Source: Paraglomus brasilianum
Taxonomy: Eukaryota
NCBI GenBank assembly: GCA_910592345.1
Contig: CAJVPI010000233.1
Span: forward strand, 1 to 40,607
Length of the DNA: 40,607 nucleotides
Reading direction: 5' to 3'
The translations under genes and the position numbers were made by a program. The notes beneath the pieces were generated by a model. It made no database searches. It was not told where the DNA came from and was given only the letters and a program-made list of their open reading frames with translations. Below are positions 12,776 to 23,289 of the stretch, piece by piece. Within the stretch, counting starts at the first letter, position 1, and every line of letters begins with the position of its first letter.

Positions 12776-13777
12776 CCTTTTTTGTAAGATATCGAAGAAG
12801 AATATTGCGAGCACCATTAATATCTCTACCAAGGTTTGTTTTACATTGGGGACAGTAAAACACCTAGCTTTTTATGAATATAACCACATGATTCACAAGT
12901 TTTTCTTCTGTACAAATTACTCGACACCAGGGATGCTCACGTGCCTTATGGATCAAAAGTGATAATGTGACCATATACGAGCGGTCTTGGAACCAATGCG
13001 TCGTTGTCCACGTCGGACCATTCCTTGAGTGCGAAATTCGGGTAGTAATATTATACGATAGTTGTCACAAAGCCATTTAGCTAGTTTATAATGACAATCA
13101 TTCACAAGACAACGGATCCTCTTGTGAATGCATAACATAACACGAAAGTAGTATATATTAATATGTTAAATTATAAATAATTAATAAATTTTACCTGTAA
13201 CATTTTCGCTTATTTTTTCCCCCCATGAATACAATCGCGTTTACTTTGAAGCTTGTCACATGCATGACTTTAATCGATCATTTTTACCCCATTAAACAGC
13301 TACTCCAATTGGATCATAACCTATCATGAATGTACATACACCTGGATCCAGAGAAATCCCTCCTATTAAATTATTAAATATATAATTAATTAAGGGTTTA
13401 ATTTAATAGATAATGATAATGTAATATAACAAAAAAATTAGATCAAAACCTTTTGAGATATAGGGCCTTGGATTTCAGCTCGTATTTCAAGTGGTCTGGG
13501 TATACAAAGATAATATTCCCCAAGTCAATTCATAACAGGGCGGTTATCATATTCAAGCTTATTTGAAAGAGATTCTGCTGACTTGATTTTAGAAAGAAAT
13601 TAATATTCCCCACGAGACTTGCCCCCAGTGTTTAGAAAGTATTGTAATTGATTGTTGAGGATCCTTTTTGGAACGGAGCTTTATCTTGAATTTTTTACTA
13701 TTGGCAGCAAAATTGGAAGAATATCCTTTAAGCAAGTCGTTCATTGCTTCATCGCGAATGTCATAGGGAGTTTCAAC
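12765..13777 (-). pseudogene. Fanzor (eukaryotic TnpB, IS607/Fanzor2-like) RNA-guided endonuclease pseudogene, 5'-truncated, two apparent introns
   Basis: Minus-strand fragments: ETPYDIRDEAMNDLLKGYSSNF..FKIKLRSKKD; LGEYYLCIP; RuvC-I ISLDPGVCTF; HYKLAKWLCDNYRIILLPEF (RuvC-II); WSHYHF..HKAREHPWCRVICTEE; Zn finger TCESCG..CPQC; RuvC-III RDINGARNILLRYL; stop TAG at 12767-12765. Several stops and frameshifts. Confidence 0.92.
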
Positions 13778-13974
13778 CGAGACATCATATGCCTCTTGGA
13801 TTCTACTTGCACTTTTGTAGGTAATCTTATTCTGAGCCAGGGTTGTAAAAATGTGGTTTGCTTAAGAATGTGAGTTAACACCGTTTTGTGGATCCCCGCA
13901 ATATAAGGAAAATTAATCAAGTAGACTTGTAGTACAAAAATTGTGGAATGTTCAGTAAAATGTCTGTATTATGT

Positions 13975-14012
13975 TATCACGTGATATCATAGATCGCCAT
14001 ATAATTTTTTTT
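13975..14012 (+). promoter_or_regulatory. palindromic E-box (TATCACGTGATA) and RRPE-like A/T tract upstream of POL5
   Basis: CACGTG at 13978-13983 inside a 12-bp palindrome, ~60 bp before the ATG. ATAATTTTTTTT at 14001-14012. Confidence 0.35.
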
Positions 14013-14040
14013 GGACGCCAATAACTAACTTTCTGTTAAA

Positions 14041-17000
14041 ATGGCGGAAGAGGAAGAGACACTCTACGAATATTTTTGGGATTTAGCTTCACTGGATAGT
14101 TATATACGCCAGAAAACTGCCAAAGCTTTAATCACGCATCTCGATGAATGCTTCAGAAATCATGGCAAATTGGTTACAATTCCGGACAAATTATCCACTA
14201 ATTGCGAAGATTTCATAACGTAAGAATCGGCTCACTTCAAACTGAAGAATTTTGATCAGCCTTGTCTCGACCTAACTGATACACTATCCGTAATTTTAGA
14301 GCATCGGAAGTAATTGAACAATATTACGGGCCCGACATTGCATATTCTCTGATCAGATTAACTAGAGGATTGCCCAGTCCGCGAGAGGGTGCAAGACATG
14401 GATTTGCATTAGCATTAACAGAGTTGCTGTCGAACCTGCAAACGATTACTGTTGATTTAGTTATTATTTTCATTGATGATGCATGTCCGTTTACATCGAC
14501 CAAAGAACAGGAAGATCCGAATAATCTTATAGGACGCGTTCTCGGCTACATGAGCATTATCAGATCAGGAATTTTGTGGCGTACTAACGCAACGATAAAA
14601 GATTACAAGACGATAATAGACGGGTTGGTAAAATGCTCAGAATGCAAATCATATATTAAAGAGATATGCTATCATGTGATGATTGGCTCACTATCTCAGT
14701 TGAAAAAGACAAAGTATGAGAAAGATGCATTGAAATATCTAATAGAACAGGTTCTGGATAACGCCGGTCAGGGCATACAAAATTCCGATACCTTAAATTT
14801 AGCTCTAGCAATTCAGGAACAGTATCCAGATATACACAAGAATTCAGATTGGAAAGATTTGGTTATTGACAAGGCACCTGATTCTCTTGTACGTTGGGAA
14901 AATCCGTTCATATTACACCACGACAATATGAGCAAGATTGCCGAATGCTTACAAGCGCGACCAAAGCAAGACTCGAGTGACGATCAAAACCAAGAGTCAC
15001 AGTTTCATTCGGTATGGAATCGCATCTTGTCGGTGTACATAAACAATAAGACACCGAGCAGTAAACAAAAGGGTGCAAAAAACAAAATAGTACCTTTCAG
15101 CACGTTTTGGAAAGAAATTGTCGATAATGGATTGTTCGCCACGGAGTCAACGCATAAACGTCGATTCTGGGGCTTTCAGTTTTTTGAAAAATGTCTTTTA
15201 TCGCTGTCGAAGGAGCACGTAGAAAGTCTATTTACATCAAATTTCATGCGATCTTTGACAAACCACCTGGTGGACGAATCGAGATATTTACATGAAGCAG
15301 CTGCTCGCACGGTACCAAAGAATATGTTATTGTGGCATTTTTGTATACATATAAAATCCTTGAAACGCTTATTTGTGGCTTGTTTTTTTTTTTTTTTTTT
15401 TTTTGCTCTAGTTTGAAGTTATCTGTCAACGTGCAAAGGAGGATAATGAAATCGTTATTGTATTAATCAAAGAACTTGTTGGAAAAGATGAATCCCGAAA
15501 CTTTGACGACTTTACGAAAGGGAATAACCTAAAGAAGTTGACATCGTGTTTAGATTCTCAAGGGTTGATTACGTACTTGAACTACCTGAAGAGCATTGTC
15601 TTGAATCAAGATATACCCTCAACGGCAAGGTAGTGTTACAATTTTACGCGTGCGGGGTAGGGAAAAGAGGATTTTTATTATCAGATTTATTGAAATGTAG
15701 AGTCTCGGTGTTCCTAGTTTCGATAAGTACCGTCGATGGACAATTGACCAAATGTATGGGCTAGTGCGTAATACCACATCCGAACGAAAAGAAGAATTGG
15801 TGAAGTCTATTTTGGGTCTTTACATCGCTTCCGGTTTCTTTCGAGTAAAGGAAATTGTCGAAGACAATCCCAAGAGAAAGCGGACAAATGTGAGTCCATC
15901 TAATTGATCGATTTACTATACAGACTATACGTTGCAAGCTATTTATTTTCTTATAGACTTCTAGGAAATCTTCAAAGAAAGTCAAGCTAAACACGGGAGA
16001 AGGAGCAGAAGCTGACCAAGAAAAAAGTGAAGAATTTATTTTAGAATACGTTTCGGCGAAACCAGAATTGTCCCAATCAATTCGAGAATTGTTGCGCAAG
16101 AGGCTTTTCAATGTACTCGGAGAGCTGAACAAGATAAAACCTTCCAATTCTGGTAAGCTATCGTATTAACTGCAAGGAAGGGTTGCGTTGAGAACCGAAT
16201 CAGCTTACATTAAGTTTTGTAATCTATTTTCAAGAAAATGTCAAAAATGACAGCACCACAAGTAACGGCAATGCTTGGGCATACTATGCACTCAAACAAG
16301 TTTTGAAACTGGAGAACGATTCGAGGTTCGAATTGCTAATTAGTTTGGATGAAGAAACGCAACGAGTTAAGCAGACTGCGGTTGATTGTATCGAAACCAT
16401 TGAGAAACAAGTAAGAAATGCTTTGCATATGTTGACTTGTACGGAAGAAGGAACTATGTGATTGACATTTAAGAATGTTTTCCAACACAGATTAAGAAAC
16501 CGTCAAAGAATTCAACGCAAAATGTATTGTCTCAGTATATAGCCTTTGAATGGCTTTTTTCGCATACGGCTCTTTGGTTATTTGCCGAACCACTAGAAGC
16601 TAAATCGATATTAGAGGTTAGTATTCGGAAAACTGGTTATCAGTTTGTTTTTAAATATTCATCATATTGTCTAAAGAAGAAGCTACCTCATAGGATCTGC
16701 AAGTGTGTTATCAGAAGGTGTTTAAGCAGTCAAAAAGACCAAGAAGAAGAAAAAAGGGTGACGATGACATGGAAGAAGATCCTGAACCTATTGATGTGTT
16801 GGTAGATATATTACTAGGTTTTTTGGGGAAACCCTCTGTATTGTTGAGACATTTGACCGAACAAGTGTTCGAAGTATTTTGCGATCAAATGACCAAGACG
16901 GCACTAGATTTACTATTAAGTGTAAGAAATAATATTCCTGCTGCTGTTACTTTTTCACTCGAGGGATTTGAAGATTTATATTGAATCACGGTTGTAGGTT

Positions 17001-18633
17001 ATAGAAACAAAGGAAGGAGTGAAAGGACAGGATGAATTGTTCGAAGAAGCAGATGGGATGGGTAGTGATGATGACGATGACGACGGCAATGATGATGACG
17101 ACGATGCGGAGGAGGAAGAGGACGAAAATCCAGAGGATAAAGGTCAAGAGAAGTCAGATGAAACCGGCAAACAAAAGGTAGTTAGAACTACCTCAAGAAC
17201 TAAAGGCCAGATTGAAAATGTTGACAAAGACGGGGAGAGAGATGAAGATGATGACGATAGTGATGACGATAGTGATGATGATGAACCCATGGCTAACCAA
17301 GATGAAGAAATGGCAGAATATGATGCAAAGCTAGCGGAAATATTTAAACAGAAACGGTTAGAAAAGTCCAAGAAAAAAGGTAACAATAGTCTCTTTACGC
17401 CCAATTATATTATTCTTTATCCATCGCTAACACTTTCATCTATCAGATTTAAAATATCAAATGATACACTTTAAGAACAAGGTTTTTGATCTTTTGGAAA
17501 TCTTTATCCGCAAGCAACCGACACATCCGCTGACCCTTGAACTCATTCTTCCACTTCTGGCGACCGTTCTCCAAGCCACGTCATCGTCTGAACAAATAGC
17601 TGATCGTGCCAAAAACTTACTTGATAAAATGTGCAAATCCAAGGCGTTGCCTAGTAATTTCTCTTCTGAATATGCGAATGAGATATTAAAAGAAACTCAC
17701 GATATGGCTGCGCGAGCTCCAAGCAAGGAAGCATTGGATACCTGTAGTAAAATGAGCATATTTTTGGTAAAGGTTATAATGAAGCAGCATGAGGAAGTAA
17801 GCGCGAACAATAAAGATCAAGGAAGTTCTGAGACTGGGGAAGAGGACAGTATTAAGAATGTGGGGAAAATCTACGAGGAGCTTTTGGGAAAGTATATGAC
17901 AAATGCGCGATCTCGCTTGAACCTGGAGGTGTTTGTCGTCTTTATCAGCCGCTTTCCAATAATTGCGTGGGAGCTGAGGGATGCATTGGCAGAATTCATG
18001 GAACCAACGAAAGTGCCTAATTCATACAGACAAGTGCAAGCTTATGTTTTAATGAGCAAGCTGCTGAAAGAAGTGGCAAATAAGGTAGGGTTTAGAATGT
18101 AGTAGAACTTTGTCTTTGATTATAATTTCCGGAAATAATATCTTATCGTCTCATTATTATCCAGAATCCCGGTGGAAGCGACGAACTGATATATGAATTT
18201 ATGCCAAAGATCCGGGATTCATTTGTTGTAGCCATTGATTTTCTCAAAACCGATCAAAATACTGGAAAAAGGCAATTGAAAGCTGACAAGCTAAAAGAAA
18301 TTCTCAAGGTCATAACGACGATTATTAAAATGACCAATAATGTCGTAATAAGAATTAGCAATTCGTCAGCGGGCAAGAAAGTATCGAAGAAGAAAGGCGC
18401 GATTGTTGAAAAGGTATGTGATATGTGATCTTGGTCTTTTGAAAAGGGCAAACAAAAGCCTTCTTTTAAAGTATTGAAGTCTCACTGATGCATTTGTGTT
18501 TTAGGTGCAGGAGATATGGGGGACCGATACGTTAGTGGAAAAGCTAGGATCAATCAAGACACTCCCATTGTACAAGTCATCGCCAGCTATTAATGATATG
18601 ATTAATCAAATAGTGAAGACAGTATCGAAATAG
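14041..18633 (+). CDS. POL5: DNA polymerase phi / Pol5 / MYB-binding protein 1A homolog (nucleolar ribosome biogenesis factor), multi-exon
   Basis: LYEYFWDLAS; after intron 14220-14299, YSLIRLTRGLPSPREGARHGFALALTELL; FHSVW; FWKEIVDNGLF..RRFWGFQFF; NFMRSLTNHL; NFDDFTK; DVLVDILLGFLGKPSVLLR; acidic tract then YDAKLAEIFK; HFKNKVFDLLEIF. Last exon 18505-18633 ends in TAG. Confidence 0.93.
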
Positions 18634-18768
18634 GACATAGATCCTTACATACAAAAGTATTATTACCGTCAATAAATAGAAATTGAAATCAGTAATGTAT
18701 TGATAGGGCAAGACATCACGATCCATAATAGTTACTCTTTTAATAATCAAACTAGTTTGAACTATTGA

Positions 18769-19453
18769 TTATTCTTTTAATGCAGCTTTAGGAAAGTTTC
18801 CATGTGTGTCCACCCAAACGCCAATTTTTTCATCGATAATTACGAACGTGTTGACGTGTTTTATCAAGATCTCGGCTGTTTCTTTGTCTAAATTAAACTG
18901 CTTCCCTAATTCTTCAATTGGTGTATTAGCCAACTTTTTCTGATCCAAGAACTGTCGAAAGTTCTGAACACTTAGACGATTCGGACCGAGGTTGCCACTG
19001 GAATCTGATTCATTCATGACTCGGTGTTTTAGTATTTCTATACTGGACGAGGACTTGTATTGAGGATAACTGATGAAATTAGAAATCATACAAGCCCAGA
19101 AGCGAGAGTTAGCAAAACAATATACTACCTGCTTCAACGGGACTGGGCCTATTGATATCGGTACTTGTCCGATTACCGATAAATTCATCAGCAGTTGAGA
19201 GTTTTTCTCATCATCTTTAATGCTAGCTATGTAGCCGTATATATGTTAGTGGAGAGTTGACTACAAGGATAGTCTGATCAATTCCACTTGCTGATAAGTT
19301 TGCAAGCCTGGTTAAACAACCTTGATCACGCGTTTCTCTAGCTCTTGTACTTGTTGTTCCTTCTGGTGTTGCTTCAGGAAATTTCTGGGCTACCGCCATA
19401 TGTTGCGATGGATACTTTCGTTTTATTATCTGCTTCGAGGTTTGGGAACCCAT
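18769..19453 (-). CDS. conserved small protein, NDUFAF4-like (complex I assembly factor family), probably 3 exons
   Basis: MGSQTSK..RKYP N-terminus (myristoylation-type MG start). Intron 19320-19227 gives RETRDQASIKDDEKNSQLLMNLSVIGQV. C-terminal NRLSVQNFRQFLD..EELGKQFNLDKETAEILIKHVN. The second acceptor is ambiguous and the family is assigned from recalled consensus. Confidence 0.6.
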
Positions 19454-20077
19454 ATTTTGCTTACTATTATTACATTAACATGATTACAAAAATAAAAACC
19501 GAACCCGGTTACACAATTAGCTGGCGTAATTATGAGCGTTATAACATTTATTTCAAGAGCTCGAATAAGACAACATGACGATAATTTGAACTTGTTTTCG
19601 CAATAACAAGCTTGTTTATTTATAGGCACTTTTAAATATTAAAGTAAAACACATGTCAATCTGATGACCTGTATGTTCCAAGAATAAACTATAAATGGTA
19701 AAAGCTTTCGCAACCACTGTCAAATTACTGGTCATCGATGGATACCTGTCCAATTGACGTTAAAGTGTTCGCGTAGAATTCGATTAAACTTCTATGGTCA
19801 CGTGGAATATTATATGTTAAATCAATTAGCACTGAATAATCATATTTAACTATTTCTCGGCGTGTCAGACAAGCATATTTGCCTAGTCCTTTGTGGTGAA
19901 ATGGTCGACGGGAGTTAGGGCAAAAAAACAAATAAATAAATTTAAGTCCTTTATTATTATTGACGTTCAATAAAAAATTTTTCGTATTAGTAACAAATTG
20001 TAATTGCATACAATGATCTTGTGTAACCCCTTCAGTATTTACCGATTTGATCAAAGTGCCACTTTTTCTTTGTAAAA

Positions 20078-20674
20078 ATGACCAGTACAAATGCATTCGT
20101 CGATCCTCTCGACTTGATTCTCGGAAAAGGTTTGTGACTCGATCACAATATACTTACTGATCCAAGTGATAAAACAAGACCGGGAGCAATGATGCTTGAC
20201 AGTACGTTACTTTGATCTAGGCTTTCAGGAGGAGCAAAAGAAAGTAATTGAAAATGCATGCGAAGTATGCAAACAAGCGACATCAAAGTATAAATGTCCC
20301 GGATGCCTTATGTGTACATGTTCCATGACATGTTGCAAAAAACATAAAGAAATGAAGAACTGTACAGGAATTAGATCCAAGGTTGATTATGTTCCATTAA
20401 AGAAATACGGAGATAAGGAGCTATTATGTGGTATGGATTCTTCGCGATTGTTGACCTGAAGCTCTTGGCCCGTGGCACTCATTCATAAAATGTCTTTCTA
20501 GATTACTATTTTCTTGAAGACGTAGGTAGAGTTTTAGATACGGCAAAGCGCACTCGCTTCCAATTGAACATGCCAACCACACCTCAAACTCGGACGTCTC
20601 ATATCCGATCTAGAGGTAATTTCAAGGACTATACTGTAAACCATGAAGACTCCAATCCTCGCAATGTCCGCTAG
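20078..20674 (+). CDS. BCD1: zf-HIT box C/D snoRNP assembly protein Bcd1/ZNHIT6-like, apparently C-terminally truncated (~144 aa; exons 20078-20129, 20221-20430, 20502-20674)
   Basis: CEVC..KYKCPGC..TCSMTCCKKHK..CTGIRSKVDYVPLKKY..LLC|DYYFLEDVGR is the Bcd1 signature. GT-AG introns keep the frame. Confidence 0.75.
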
Positions 20675-21544
20675 TTTAACCAACTTCTATCGTCTCAAAA
20701 CGTTCAGGGGAACGTGATTAATAATATTATTTAATAGGAATCAAAGTTTTAAATTTCAGAAAGTCTTCCTTTTGATGATATCACAATAACTGCGTCCACT
20801 AATAATGCTTTTACGCAACCAACTAGAAACTTTGTTTTGATTGAGCATATTTGCATTAACTCAATCGAAACAGAAAAGTCATGAATCTAACAATTTCTAT
20901 CTGACTGGTAGTAGTAATGATAGCTGCCTAAACAGTTATCTTTATTGACTGTCCAACGTTGACTTTTCATTGATCAAAATCACTGATAGTCGTAATAAAT
21001 TCCAATTTAACAAGTCGAATATTCTTCCCAGCGAGGTAAACCCGGGGAGAGAGTTCAGCCTTTGGATATGTTCTTTCTGGATAATACACAACAATGCTTT
21101 CATGCCCAGCACATAAGCAATATAGTAAGAAAATAGGTTCCTATTCAACGATCAGATTCAACTGGAATTATGGTTTTTACGCCATTATTAAGTCCAATGG
21201 TTCCTCGTTTATCCTTTAACAACCTAAGATTATGGTTACGCGAGTTTATCCAATTAGCTGCGATTAGCTGCGATGTTTATACTTATCATAGCACACCCAT
21301 AGTCACAGTGAAGAAAATGGCGCGTAAATAAACTGGTATATCTCAACAATTATGCAACATAGATAGATAAAACTAAGTTTATTTAAAGTTTATTGATTTC
21401 TTTATTAAATGTAAAAATTTTAGTATGAAATCCTATCTCCATTTTTTTGTGATACCAGTTCACAATGATTTTTCATAGATCTGATTAAACTTTGTACAGG
21501 TGTCCTGAGGAATTTTATCCCGTTCTTCAACATAAAGTGTTTAT

Positions 21545-21658
21545 TCATTTTGCAGTAGGTTTACCGCAATCAGAACAAGGAACGCGTTTTTTACCACAAA
21601 CTTTCCCGGAATTATGAAGATAATCGCACGATATTCCGCTATCATTTTTATATGACAA
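21545..21658 (-). pseudogene. Cys-rich gene fragment, probably mobile-element/virus derived
   Basis: SCDYLHNSGKVCGKKRVPCSDCGKPTAK*. Divergent from the adjacent Polinton-like fragment across a TATA-rich spacer. Confidence 0.4.
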
Positions 21659-21714
21659 ATAATTTTTTTAAATTTTACGCGTATATATAAAAACCGAACG
21701 CGACATACCGCAAA

Positions 21715-21880
21715 ATGTCTGATGCTTATCCGGAATGTGTTCTAGCATTTAGTATCAAAATAGCAGATTATAATCCAATTGCTCCTGGCTATCGTTTACC
21801 TTTACCGGAAACAATACCAAAACGCAATAATGGAGTCATTAATATTCAAAATAACAATAACTGGTGTTGTTTTCTAACAT
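21715..21880 (+). pseudogene. Polinton/Maverick-like protein-primed DNA polymerase B N-terminal region fragment
   Basis: YNPIAPGYRLPLPETIPKRNNGVINIQNNNNWCCF resembles the YxP..GSSYIPLP...K.AIINIxNxDNxCF motif found N-terminal to pPolB in Polinton-type elements. Truncated. Confidence 0.55.
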
Positions 21881-23289
21881 TCTTATACCAGCTAGTGCTA
21901 TGAAACCGATGCTGAGCTCCCTGCACCTCTAACGCATTTTGATATTTCCAAGGAAAAAAACCCCTCAGCAGTATGACACTGCTGAAAAGAGAACTTTGAG
22001 AGGAGGAGAGAAGCTTCCTTGAAACAGACACTGTTTTCTCCAAGTCCCTAGATAGTAATAAATAGTATTAGGATATTATACCACTTAAGGACAATAGTTT
22101 AATGCAATAATCACAACTAGTGGACAAAGGCAATGCACCCATCTCAAACCCATTTGATCAGCAACACTCCAGGTCATACTAAATAGCTTGTGTGTATGCC
22201 TTACCCATACAATTGAATTGAAAAATCAATTTAACTGTATACATTAACCCAAATAACAGTTGTTTAAAATATTGCCTCACAAATAGAAAAAAAAAGTTTT
22301 CATTATTTTATTCTTTCTAGGGAATTGCTAGAATTTCAATTCTTATCTATAGTGACGTTTGTCGGATGATACACGTGGGAGAGCGTTCATGTAACGACCT
22401 TGAGATTTAGCGTCTTCCAACGGAGTCTTTGACTACGATAAATCTTTGAACGACAATTAGTGACCTTTATCTGGTTTTCAAATACTCACGATGCTAGATC
22501 GGTCTTACATACGCTATCCCTAGATTATTATTTAACCTCGAGTACTACGTCGAATATCTTTGATTTCGAAAGTCTATCGGTCGGGGAAGTTTTCAATCCT
22601 AAACGCGTTTATACCAATTGAATAATAATTCCTGATGTTAAGATCCTACAAATTCGATGGCAAGATCGAACTTGTTAACCGTCAATTCGGGAAGCATTTT
22701 ACACTTAACCAGCGATATGACAAAGAAACTCACCAGAACGATAATATCAACATGAACGAAAATAATAACTTATATCTGTGTGATGTGATACAATTGGAGT
22801 AAATAAAGATAGTGCCCTTTCTCGAGATCTGGCGTATGTGAACACTGTCCAGGAGAAATTCCTATCGAACAAAGGTGACATTTACAATTGTACTATTAAA
22901 ACAAATTACCTCAAGGATAATAACATTATGCGCGCGAATTGCTATACAATATGTAAATCACGTGAATTGCACAACTGCACGTTATGTCACACGTTCATAC
23001 GTGGATACAAAATCTTTTGGATTCCTTATTTATTTATTACAATTTATCATAGCATAAAAAGTTAACGATGACCTTTTCGCGAACTGTGTTCTTTCCTTAT
23101 TTCGAATAAATTGTCGACGCAGTGTACAACGATAATGAATGCCATATTGTATATAATTGACTCGAACATAAATCAGACCGATATTTTGGCGAAGCAAAAA
23201 TTGAAATTCGATAAAACAATCATAAACGTAACGATTTGTAATAACATCTTAATAAATAAAGTAACCGAATAATCTCAGAGGACTTGGAT

